Made by a program: the position numbers and the translations under genes. A stretch of 64,000 nt of DNA, from NCBI GenBank assembly GCA_015231405.1, contig JADGBR010000005.1:40034-104033 (forward strand), written 5' to 3'. The first letter of the stretch is position 1, and each line of letters begins with the position of its first letter. The DNA comes from Candidatus Omnitrophota bacterium (GTDB lineage: Bacteria; Omnitrophota; Gorgyraeia; Tantalellales; Tantalellaceae). Below are positions 34,524 through 42,781 of the stretch, piece after piece. The notes beneath the pieces were generated by a model. The model searched no databases, was not told the origin of the DNA, and saw nothing but the letters and a program-made list of their open reading frames with translations.

Positions 34524-35462
34524 TTATAGAGCGAACAGTTCGCTTATGGTCTCCTCGTTATGTATCCTTTTAATGGCCTCGCCGAGTATGTGCGCGACCG
34601 ACAGCTGTTTTATCCTCCTGATCCTTTTCTCCTGCCCGAGCGGAATAGTGTCCGTCACGACCACTTCCTTTATATCTGACTTCTCTATCCTCTCTATGGC
34701 CGGACCGCAAAGCACCGCGTGGGTCGCGGCGACATATATGTCCTTTACTCCGTTCTTCTTAAGCGCCGCTGCGGCCTCGACAAGGCTTCCCGCCGTGGCG
34801 ATAATATCGTCGACGATTATCACGTTCTTGCCTTTCACCTCGCCCATTATGTGCATGGCCTCCGCCTTCTCGTCGCTCACCCGCCTTTTATCGACGATAG
34901 CAAGACCGGAATTGAATCTCTTGGCGTATGCCCTGGCCATCTTGGTACCGCCGACATCGGGCGCTACAACGACCCAATCCTCGTCCACCTTGTCCTTGAA
35001 ATACTCTGAGAAAAGGCTTACGGCGAAAAGATGGTCGAACGGTATGTCGAAAAACCCCTGAACCTGCGCCGCGTGCAGATCGATCGTGAGTATCCTGTCG
35101 GCTCCTGCCCTCTCAAGGAGGTTAGCTACCAGCTTCGCCGTTATAGGGACCCTCGGTTTGTCTTTCCTGTCTTGCCTCGCGTAACCGAAATAAGGAAGGA
35201 CCGCCGTTATCCTTTTGGCCGAGGCCCTCATCGCTGCGTCCATTATAATGAGAAGCTCCATCAGGTTGTCGTTAGCCGGCACGCATGTGGGCTGCACCAC
35301 GAAAACGTCCTTGCCCCTTATGTTCTCGGTGATATGCACCTTGATCTCGCCGTCGGAGAACTTCCCGACCTCGCATTTCCCAAGCGGGATATTCAAACTG
35401 TCGCAAACTTTTCTCGCAAGGTCCGGGTTCGAGTTACCCGAAAAGATAGTCAAAGTGTTCAT
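34524..35462 (-). CDS. prs: ribose-phosphate pyrophosphokinase
   Basis: MNTLTIFSGNSNPDLARKV...DGEIKVHITENIRGKDVFVVQPT...VDLHAAQVQGFFDIPFDH...IVDDIIATAGSL; preceded by AGGGGAG. Confidence 0.9.
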   Translation of the reverse strand: MNTLTIFSGNSNPDLARKVCDSLNIPLGKCEVGKFSDGEIKVHITENIRGKDVFVVQPTCVPANDNLMELLIIMDAAMRASAKRITAVLPYFGYARQDRKDKPRVPITAKLVANLLERAGADRILTIDLHAAQVQGFFDIPFDHLFAVSLFSEYFKDKVDEDWVVVAPDVGGTKMARAYAKRFNSGLAIVDKRRVSDEKAEAMHIMGEVKGKNVIIVDDIIATAGSLVEAAAALKKNGVKDIYVAATHAVLCGPAIERIEKSDIKEVVVTDTIPLGQEKRIRRIKQLSVAHILGEAIKRIHNEETISELFAL

Positions 35463-35490
35463 TCTTTTCTCCCCTTTATGTCGACTCTTT

Positions 35491-35586
35491 ATTTGTTGCC
35501 CGTTGTCAGTTGCCCGTTGCCGGTTAATGTTGGTTCCCGTTCACTGCGAACAGGCAACAGGCAACCGACAACTGACAACAAACTTC
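35491..35586. repeat. family C palindromic repeat (second copy)
   Basis: atttgttgcccgttgtcagttgcccgttgccggttaatg...gcgaacaggcaacaggcaaccgacaactgacaacaaacttc; fills the glmU stop to prs SD gap. Confidence 0.7.
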
Positions 35587-36844
35587 AAGCTTTCTTCGCA
35601 GAACTGAACAGCCTCGCCGGCACCCCCACAACCGTAGCTCCGTCCGGAACATTCTTATTCTTAGTAACGACGCTCCCCGCACCGACCCTGGCGCCCTTAC
35701 CGATCTCGACCGGCGCTATCAGCGTAACGCCGACGCCGATAAACGCCGCATCCTTAATGATGGTCTTATTTTTATTTACCCCGTCGTAATTCGCGGTTAT
35801 CACTCCCGCCCCGACGTTAACATCCTTCCCGACGACCGCGTCACCGAGATAAGTATGGTGTTTAACCTTCGTCCGCTCGCCTACCTTCGTGCGGCATATC
35901 TCCACGAAATTGCCGATCTCCGCTCCGTCCGAAATATCGCTCCCGGGCCGTATTCTCGCGAAAGGCCCTATTTTACAGTCTTTCCCGATGACAACCCCTC
36001 CTTCTATCACTGTATTCGGGTATATCACCGTGTCCTGCCCGATCCGCACGTCCTCTTCTATCCACACGGTAGTGGGATCTATTATCGTAACGCCCCCATC
36101 CATGAGCCTTAGGACGGTCTTATCGACGGCGATCCTGTTCGCCGAGGCGATATCCCGGCGCGAATTGATACCTACCGCCTCGGCGGAGGCGCATTTAACG
36201 GCTATAACTTTTTTCCCGGACTCCACCATAAGCTCGACAATATCGGTCAAATAAAATTCTTTTTTCTTAGGGTTCTCTTCTATCTTATTTATGTTCTTCC
36301 AGAGCTCTTTATTCGAAAAACAATAGGTCCCGGTATTCACTTCCTTTATGCTTTTTTCCTTAGGGGAAGCGTCCTTCTCCTCGACTATCTTAATAACACT
36401 ATCACGTTTGTCACGCACTATCCTGCCGTATGAGGACGGGTCGTCCATATCACAGGTGAGCACCGTACACGCCGCGCCGGTCTTAACATGGGTTTTCACG
36501 AGATCCAGAAATGTTTCGCCCGTAATGAGCGGCGCGTCCCCGCAAGCGACTACCAGCGTGCCGGAAAAGCCCCGGAGAACCCCTTCGGCCCTTTTCACAG
36601 CGTCGCCGGTTCCGAGCAGCTTATCTTGGATGACGTATCCTATTTTTTCTTTAACCGCTTTCTTTACCGCGTCAGATTTGTACCCGACCACGGCGGTTAT
36701 GTCGTCCACCCCGGCTTTTTTCAAAGATCCTATTACTCTTTCGATGAGCGCTTTCCCCGCGACCTTATGTAGGACTTTAGGCTCTTCGGTCTTCATCCGC
36801 GTGCCGAGGCCCGCGGCCAGGATGAGTGCTTTTGTTTTACTCAT
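35585..36844 (-). CDS. glmU: bifunctional N-acetylglucosamine-1-phosphate uridyltransferase / glucosamine-1-phosphate acetyltransferase GlmU
   Basis: LILAAGLGTRMKTEEPKVLHKVAGKALIERV nucleotidyltransferase N-terminus plus a C-terminal left-handed beta-helix with hexapeptide repeats. Confidence 0.8.
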   Translation of the reverse strand: MSKTKALILAAGLGTRMKTEEPKVLHKVAGKALIERVIGSLKKAGVDDITAVVGYKSDAVKKAVKEKIGYVIQDKLLGTGDAVKRAEGVLRGFSGTLVVACGDAPLITGETFLDLVKTHVKTGAACTVLTCDMDDPSSYGRIVRDKRDSVIKIVEEKDASPKEKSIKEVNTGTYCFSNKELWKNINKIEENPKKKEFYLTDIVELMVESGKKVIAVKCASAEAVGINSRRDIASANRIAVDKTVLRLMDGGVTIIDPTTVWIEEDVRIGQDTVIYPNTVIEGGVVIGKDCKIGPFARIRPGSDISDGAEIGNFVEICRTKVGERTKVKHHTYLGDAVVGKDVNVGAGVITANYDGVNKNKTIIKDAAFIGVGVTLIAPVEIGKGARVGAGSVVTKNKNVPDGATVVGVPARLFSSAKKA

Positions 36845-36909
36845 TGCTCAATTGCCCTATTGTTAGCTGCCAGATATTTCCTCAACACCTGTATCACTCG
36901 CCTGGCCGC

Positions 36910-36960
36910 GCCATGAACCTGAGGCGTGAACCGCAAGGTTCACGGCGAATGGTTCATGGC
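36910..36960 (-). terminator. nested hairpin in the tRNA-Gln 3' trailer (possible terminator/processing structure; no U-tract)
   Basis: Outer stem ccatgaacc/ggttcatgg encloses inner stem gtgaacc-gcaa-ggttcac; the outer 3' arm overlaps the encoded CCA. Confidence 0.3.
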
Positions 36961-37030
36961 TGGCGGGCAGGGATTCGAACCCCGACAAACAGCTCCAAAA
37001 GCTGCTGTGCTACCGTTACACAACCCGCCA
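36957..37030 (-). tRNA. tRNA-Gln (anticodon UUG), CCA encoded
   Basis: Minus-strand read TGGCGGG-TT-GTG-TAACGGTAG-CAC-A-GCAGC-TTTTGGA-GCTGT-TTGT-CGGGG-TTCGAAT-CCCTG-CCCGCCA-G-CCA folds as a cloverleaf with a 7-bp acceptor stem (U1-A72), D-loop GG, T-loop TTCGAAT and anticodon TTG. Confidence 0.8.
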
Positions 37031-37120
37031 ATCGCGTGATTCGTGGTACGTTATCGAAATGCCAGATCCCAGTTACCCCGCTACGAACCACTAATCACGA
37101 ACCACTACCGAATCTGCCAA

Positions 37121-37825
37121 CTACAGCTCGATATCCTCACCCTCATCAATGCCGCCAGGTGAGACCGGCGGTGCCGGAGGAACGGAAGGGCTAAGCGGAG
37201 TCGTCGGGCGGACATTGTCCCTCGCCTCGCCTCTCGAGTTATCTCTCCTGGGTTCTCTGCCGCGATCTCTGCCATGATTCCGGGAGTGATCCCTCGACTG
37301 GTCTCTCGCCCGGTCTCTTCCGCGGTCTCTGGCGTGATCCCGCTCCTGGTCATTCTTCTTGGGCGCCTCGTTTCCAGGCTCGAACCCTTCCTGTGCCCTG
37401 TCAAAATCATCAGTCGTAGCGGGTTTATAGTTCTCCCCTTCTTTCTCCTTCCTTTCCATTTCAACGTCAAAGGCTTTAAGGACTTCCTCCTGTATATAAA
37501 CCCTGCAGGCCTGTCTGATCGGATGAGCTATGTCCATATGGTCGTTCTGCTTTTTGTCCCTCTGGTCGCCGGAGTCCTCTCTTCTTACGTGAAGCTGAGT
37601 GCCGCAGTCGTTGCAGAACTTGCTGCCGCGGACGTTCTTGAACCCGCATTTCTTGCACGGGTCCATTATTTTCCTCGAGGGCATAGCCACAAAAAGACCG
37701 GTATTGCCCTGAATTATCTTCACGTTCCTGACGACGAACCAGTCGTCAAAGGTCATTGTAGCGTACGCCTTCAATCTTCCGTCCCTGCTCTTTGTCGGGA
37801 AAACCCTTACTTCAGTGATCTTCAT
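37121..37825 (-). CDS. spoVG: SpoVG-domain protein with an inserted C4 zinc ribbon and an Arg/Asp-rich low-complexity C-terminal tail
   Basis: MKITEVRVFPTKSRDGRLKAYATMTFDDWFVVRNVKIIQGNTGLFVAMPSRK (SpoVG fold); CKKCGFKNVRGSKFCNDCG; tail ...RDHARDRGRDRARDQSRDHSRNHGRDRGREPRRDNSRGEARD... Confidence 0.7.
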   Translation of the reverse strand: MKITEVRVFPTKSRDGRLKAYATMTFDDWFVVRNVKIIQGNTGLFVAMPSRKIMDPCKKCGFKNVRGSKFCNDCGTQLHVRREDSGDQRDKKQNDHMDIAHPIRQACRVYIQEEVLKAFDVEMERKEKEGENYKPATTDDFDRAQEGFEPGNEAPKKNDQERDHARDRGRDRARDQSRDHSRNHGRDRGREPRRDNSRGEARDNVRPTTPLSPSVPPAPPVSPGGIDEGEDIEL

Positions 37826-37865
37826 ATACTTCTCCTCTTTCTTAGTTGGACAAACTCTTAATCAA

Positions 37866-37975
37866 CTGGAATCCAGAAGCCAGAATCCAGAAGCCAGAAT
37901 TCAGAATCCAGAAGCCAGAATTCAGAATCGTTGGAAGGCCATTCACATTATTCTGGATTCTATATTCTGGCTTCT
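37866..37975. repeat. family A palindromic repeat (second copy)
   Basis: ggaatccagaagccagaatccagaagccagaattcagaatccagaagccagaattcagaatc ... attattctggattctatattctggcttc; lies between the ispE stop and the spoVG start. Confidence 0.7.
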
Positions 37976-38851
37976 TTATTCTTTTATCTCCGGCTGATAC
38001 GTCGTCACCACTTCGATCTTCCAGTTCCTGTCGGGAAATTTTTCTCTGAGCCGTTCTTTGGCACTAAACGCTTCTTTTTCCTCAAAAATACCGAACACGG
38101 TAGGGCCACTTCCTGACATAATGGCACCCTGTGCTCCCTGAGTCATTAATTCACGCAGGGTCTCACCCAAAACCGGAAAAATTCCTAACGTTATGTGCTG
38201 TAAATCGTTATGGAGATTTTTAGCGATATCCCACGTATCCCTGCCGGATAAAAAATCGCCAAACATTCTACCAACGCCATTATGGTTTGTCAAGCCCAAA
38301 GGGTTTACCAGACTGTATACCTCTTTTGTGGAGACGCTTATCGGAGGATTGATCAGAACATGCCAGATCTTTACCATGCTTTCCATCCCGGAAATTATGT
38401 CCCCTTTTCCCGTGCCGTAAGCAAAGGAATGGTTATGCAGAAAAAAAGGGATATCCGCGCCTAAAGACCCGCCCATTTCATTAAGAGTATTAGTGTCGAG
38501 AGGCGAGCCCGACAATTCGTTCATGGCTTTGAGCAAAGTAGCGGTATCGCTTGACCCGCCTCCAAGTCCGGCGCTGACGGGTATGTTTTTTTCAAGGTGA
38601 ACCTTGAAATTTTTGCCATTGCCGGCCCTATCCCTGAAGAGGGATGCCGCGCGCATCATTATGCTTGAATTATCGACCGGTATATTCGGGTCGTTCGACG
38701 TGATAACGGTCTTTTTTGAGGTTGCTTCGACGGAAACTATATCGAATAATGATATTTTTTCGAATACAGTCTCAATATCGTGGTAACCATCGGGGCGTTT
38801 CGCTAGAACTTTCAGGTACAGGTTAACTTTCGCGGGGGCTTTAAATTCCAT
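37976..38851 (-). CDS. ispE: 4-diphosphocytidyl-2-C-methyl-D-erythritol kinase
   Basis: MEFKAPAKVNLYLKVLAKRPDGYHDIETVF...NIPVSAGLGGGSSDTATLL (GHMP kinase motif). Confidence 0.85.
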   Translation of the reverse strand: MEFKAPAKVNLYLKVLAKRPDGYHDIETVFEKISLFDIVSVEATSKKTVITSNDPNIPVDNSSIMMRAASLFRDRAGNGKNFKVHLEKNIPVSAGLGGGSSDTATLLKAMNELSGSPLDTNTLNEMGGSLGADIPFFLHNHSFAYGTGKGDIISGMESMVKIWHVLINPPISVSTKEVYSLVNPLGLTNHNGVGRMFGDFLSGRDTWDIAKNLHNDLQHITLGIFPVLGETLRELMTQGAQGAIMSGSGPTVFGIFEEKEAFSAKERLREKFPDRNWKIEVVTTYQPEIKE

Positions 38852-38862
38852 GGTGGCATACT

Positions 38863-38932
38863 CCCGTCATTGTGAGCGAAGCGATCTCTATATGGACTGC
38901 TTCGGGCACTTCGTGCCCCCGCAATGACGATC
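38863..38932. repeat. family D palindromic repeat
   Basis: cccgtcattgtgagcgaagcgatctctatatggactgcttcgggcacttcgtgcccccgcaatgacgatc; outer stem cgtcattg/caatgacg. Confidence 0.7.
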
Positions 38933-38938
38933 AACTAC

Positions 38939-39907
38939 TCAAGTTCTCTTCTTCTTAAACAACTCCTCAGCTTCCTTAACAATATACTTCTCGGTCAGCC
39001 CGAAATACTCGTAAAGTTCTTCGGGGGTTCCGCTAACGCCGAACCTGTCGTCCAGACCCATGAATTTCATGGGCACCGGGCAATTTTCGGCCAGAACCTC
39101 CGCCACGGCGCTGCCCATTCCCCCGGCTATGGAATGCTCCTCGACGGTAAGCACCGCCCCTGTCTCCCTGGCGGCTTTTATGATCGCGGGCTTATCTATC
39201 GGCTTCGGGGTATGCAGGTTGATGATCCTGGCTTTTATCTTCTTTTCCCTCAGATATTTAGCCGCTTCAAGCGATTTTTCCACCATGTGTCCGCAGGCGA
39301 TGATAGTTATATCATCCCCAGGAGTAAGGACCGACGCCTTACCTATAATAAACTCCGGCTTGTCCTCTATTATCGTAGCTGCCGCCCTGCCCAACCTTAA
39401 ATACACCGGGCCCGGCAAGCCCGCCGCCTGTTTAGTTGCAAGGAACGCCTCTTCGGCGTCCGCGGGAACCACTACGGTCATATGCGGGAGAACACGCATT
39501 AATGTTATCTCCTCAAGTGACTGATGCGTCGCGCCGTCGCCGCCGACCGAAATGCCCCCATGTGTCCCCACTATAATGACATTGATGTTCGTGTAAGCGA
39601 CCGATACCCTGACCTGGTCCCATGCCCGGCCGCTCGCGAAAGCCCCGAAAGTACAGGCGTACGGTATCTTCCCGGAAAGCGCCATACCCGCTGCGACGCC
39701 TATCATATCCTGCTCGGCAACGCCAAGGCTGACAAACCTGTCCGGGAATTCCTCCTTGAACCAGTTGGCCCTCACGGATTCCGTAAGGTCGGCGCAAAGC
39801 ACCACCACGTTCTTATTCTCTTTTCCCAACTCGACAAGGGCCCTGCCGAACCCGTCCCTCGTCGCTACTTTTTTCTTCGGCTCTTTTATGATCATTATTC
39901 GCTCCAA
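38939..39907 (-). CDS. transketolase, C-terminal subunit (split form)
   Basis: Pyrimidine-binding and C-terminal transketolase domains: FVSLGVAEQDMIGVAAGMALSGKIPYACTFGAF...VIIVGTHGGISVGGDGATHQSLE. Confidence 0.85.
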   Translation of the reverse strand: MERIMIIKEPKKKVATRDGFGRALVELGKENKNVVVLCADLTESVRANWFKEEFPDRFVSLGVAEQDMIGVAAGMALSGKIPYACTFGAFASGRAWDQVRVSVAYTNINVIIVGTHGGISVGGDGATHQSLEEITLMRVLPHMTVVVPADAEEAFLATKQAAGLPGPVYLRLGRAAATIIEDKPEFIIGKASVLTPGDDITIIACGHMVEKSLEAAKYLREKKIKARIINLHTPKPIDKPAIIKAARETGAVLTVEEHSIAGGMGSAVAEVLAENCPVPMKFMGLDDRFGVSGTPEELYEYFGLTEKYIVKEAEELFKKKRT

Positions 39908-39951
39908 TTATTTTATTATCGCATAAATCCTGAGTCGCAATGACGTAGCAC

Positions 39952-40968
39952 CTAGAAATACTCCCCAGACGCCTTCACAATACTCTCTATCGGCACCTTA
40001 CCGTCTCGATAATTATACAGATCGTCGGAGGATACCGTCAATTTAACGTTCTCAAGCTGGTCTTCCATTTCGAGCGCCGTGAACTGATCGAACGCATAGC
40101 CCTGAACCACTGTACTGGCGATATTGACTATGGCTTTGACCTTCCGCTTCAAGACATCTTTGTGGTTCGTGTCGGTAGTTTGATCGAATATCTTGAATGC
40201 CACGACCATCACCTTTTCTTCCTTCGAAGCGATTATCTTCCCCTCTGAAGAGCTGAACTTGAAAAGCTCTTTCAGCTTAGCGTCAGACTGGAAATCGAGT
40301 TTGACCCTGTTGGCTATCTGTGCGATAAGAAATTCCTCCAGTGATATATCCTTCAGATAGAAATGGTCTTTCCAATAGCCTATATCCTTGATATCCGAGG
40401 GGGGACTCCTGAAAAATTCCGACATGACGTTCTCGCGGGTATCTTCCTCAAGGCCCATTTTGTCGAAGATGCGCTCGATCGAACGTTCCTTCCTGGCCTG
40501 CGGCGTCAGGTTAATACTGAAGAGCGTCCGCTTAAAAGACTCGTCTCTGCCTATATATCTGAACATCCCTTTTTTCACGTCGTCGGTATATTTTATGATT
40601 ATCATTTGCATCTCGGGGAGACGTTCGTCCTGAGTTATGACGCAGTAAAACTTTATATTGGCGTCCGTCGAAAGGACAACGCGGGAAGCGACCAGTATGA
40701 GGTTCGAGACCTTGTCCCAGGCGTCCGTACTTATCCCCATGCTGACGTCCAAGAGCCCTTTCATCGGATAATATATCCCCAGCGTCGAACCATCCATCGA
40801 GGCGTCGACGTCCATGTCATACTCGGCCCTGCAGACCGTCTTCACAAGTTCGCAAAGATTCTCCCGGGGATACGTAGGAGCGCATGACGACAAAAAGAAC
40901 GCTGCCAGACACGCCAACGCCGACGCCGATAACACCAACGATCCGGCGTATCCGAACCTTCTAAGCAT
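39952..40968 (-). CDS. hypothetical lipoprotein
   Basis: Signal peptide with lipobox ...AAFFLSSC; no recognisable catalytic motifs. Confidence 0.6.
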   Translation of the reverse strand: MLRRFGYAGSLVLSASALACLAAFFLSSCAPTYPRENLCELVKTVCRAEYDMDVDASMDGSTLGIYYPMKGLLDVSMGISTDAWDKVSNLILVASRVVLSTDANIKFYCVITQDERLPEMQMIIIKYTDDVKKGMFRYIGRDESFKRTLFSINLTPQARKERSIERIFDKMGLEEDTRENVMSEFFRSPPSDIKDIGYWKDHFYLKDISLEEFLIAQIANRVKLDFQSDAKLKELFKFSSSEGKIIASKEEKVMVVAFKIFDQTTDTNHKDVLKRKVKAIVNIASTVVQGYAFDQFTALEMEDQLENVKLTVSSDDLYNYRDGKVPIESIVKASGEYF

Positions 40969-42649
40969 TAGCCCCCCAATTCAAGTCCTCATTGGGGATC
41001 TGGTCGTCGTATTTCGACTCCTTTACGCCGTATTCCTCAAAAATGGCTATTATCTCGTCATACTCGAGCTCTTCCCTTTGTAAAAGTTCGTTCGCGAAAC
41101 GGTCAAGGATATCGCGCCTCGTCTCAAGCGTTTTCATGACCTCATCGAGACACTTCCTTATGAGGCTGTTCGTATCGTTGTTAAGGGTCATCTTGATCTG
41201 TTCGGACAGCTGCTCCGGAGGTATGCCCGTGTAATCACCTATGTAGCCGGACGCCCCCATGCCGAGCGTCCATACCATCGCGTGCGCCATTTTTATCGCG
41301 TTATTGAAATCCGAGCTGACGCCGGTAGTGGTAGTGTTATATTTTGTCTTCTCCGCGGCGTATCCCGCGAGTTTGGTCATAATATCCTGGAGAAGCTGAG
41401 TTTTGCTCCTCGAATGGAGCTCTTCCCTTTCGGGTGACCATACGACCCCGAGCGCGCCCCTTCTGGGGATAATACTGGCTTTAAAAACGGTCTTCGACGG
41501 GGCCTTCAGATAAGTTATTATCAGGTGCCCTGCCTCGTGATAAGCCGTCATCTCCTTTTCTTTCGGGGTGACGGTCAGCCTGTGTTTTATGCCCAGGTCA
41601 ACCCTTTCGAAAGCCTCGCTGATCTCCTTAAGGCCTATCGCTGATTTTTTATATCTCGTGGCTATGATCGCGGATTCCTTGACTATGTTTGATATGTCGG
41701 CGGGACTCTTCCCGACGGCTCTTCTCGCCAGGCGACCCGTATCCAGGTCTGTCTCTGCCTTCACCTTTTTCAGATAGAATTTGAAGAGCTCTTCCCTGTC
41801 GGTCTGAGAGGGTTTAGAGATGAGTATCTTCCGGTCAAACCTGCCGGGCCGAAGAAGAGCCTCGTCCATATGTCCCTCGAAAGCGTTTGTCGCGCCTATA
41901 ACGACGATGTTATCGTCTTTGCCCTTCAGCCCGTCCATCTCGGCCAGCAGCTGGTTCAATGTGCTGTTCGTCTCCTGCCCGCCCCCGAAACTGAAAGTCC
42001 TCTGACGGCCTATCGCGTCGATCTCGTCTATAAAGATTATGCAACCTCCGTAACCGTAGCTGAGATCCCTGGCTTTCTGGAAAAGTTTCCTCACCCTGGA
42101 GGCTCCGACACCGACAAAAACCTCGACGAACTCGCTTCCCGACATGGATATGAACGGCATATTCGCTTCTGTAGCGATCGCCTTGGCAAGATATGTCTTC
42201 CCGCATCCCGGGGGCCCCAGCATCAGAAGCCCCTTAATGACGCTCCCTCCCATTTTCTGCACGTTGGCCCGATCCTTGACAAGCTGAACTATCTCAAGCG
42301 CCTCCTGCTTAGCGTCCTGCATACCTATAACGTCATTCCAGGATATCAGGACATCTTTACCTTTAATAGGCGCCTTATCGAGTTTCGCGAACCCGCCCTG
42401 CAAAAATGTGAGGTACATGAAAACGAAAATGGCCGCGTGAATACCTGCCATGAGGAACTGCATCGGTATCGTCGCGATCGTCATCTTCCTGTAGAAAGAC
42501 TCGAGAGAAGCCAGCCCTATTACAGTACCTACGAGCAACAGTATCACTACCAAACTGATCCAAATGATCATCTGATACTGTCGAAAATACATTTTCCAAA
42601 GTCTTCCGGTCATCTTATTGCTCCTTTTTTGAAAATTCAGTTGTTTCAA
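40961..42649 (-). CDS. FtsH-family membrane AAA+ ATPase / M41 zinc metalloprotease (atypical N-terminus)
   Basis: Two N-terminal TM helices; Walker A GPPGCGKTYLAKAIA; Walker B IIFIDEIDA; zinc motif TAYHEAGHLI; 8-nt overlap with the downstream lipoprotein gene. Confidence 0.75.
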   Translation of the reverse strand: MKQLNFQKRSNKMTGRLWKMYFRQYQMIIWISLVVILLLVGTVIGLASLESFYRKMTIATIPMQFLMAGIHAAIFVFMYLTFLQGGFAKLDKAPIKGKDVLISWNDVIGMQDAKQEALEIVQLVKDRANVQKMGGSVIKGLLMLGPPGCGKTYLAKAIATEANMPFISMSGSEFVEVFVGVGASRVRKLFQKARDLSYGYGGCIIFIDEIDAIGRQRTFSFGGGQETNSTLNQLLAEMDGLKGKDDNIVVIGATNAFEGHMDEALLRPGRFDRKILISKPSQTDREELFKFYLKKVKAETDLDTGRLARRAVGKSPADISNIVKESAIIATRYKKSAIGLKEISEAFERVDLGIKHRLTVTPKEKEMTAYHEAGHLIITYLKAPSKTVFKASIIPRRGALGVVWSPEREELHSRSKTQLLQDIMTKLAGYAAEKTKYNTTTTGVSSDFNNAIKMAHAMVWTLGMGASGYIGDYTGIPPEQLSEQIKMTLNNDTNSLIRKCLDEVMKTLETRRDILDRFANELLQREELEYDEIIAIFEEYGVKESKYDDQIPNEDLNWGANA

Positions 42650-42659
42650 CCGCGACTAT

Positions 42660-42740
42660 CGTCATTGCGAGCGAAGCGAAGCAATCTCTCCGATATCATG
42701 TGGATTGCTTCGTCGGCCTCAGGCCTCCTCGCAATGACGG
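42660..42740. repeat. family D palindromic repeat
   Basis: cgtcattgcgagcgaagcgaagcaatctctccgatatcatgtggattgcttcgtcggcctcaggcctcctcgcaatgacgg; 11-bp outer stem gtcattgcgag/ctcgcaatgac. Confidence 0.7.
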
Positions 42741-42781
42741 ATCAGAACCCATAATTCCGCTATCACACATTTACAGCTGTT

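Noticed and set aside
35031-35789. 252-aa plus-strand ORF spanning the prs/glmU junction
   Set aside because: Antisense to prs and glmU and reads through the family C repeat; no motif.
36896-36960. Second tRNA or riboswitch in the hairpin region next to tRNA-Gln
   Set aside because: Only a nested stem-loop; no cloverleaf, anticodon arm or T-loop consensus.
41870-42754. 294-aa plus-strand ORF
   Set aside because: Antisense to the FtsH-like gene (Walker A/B and HEAGH decode on the minus strand).
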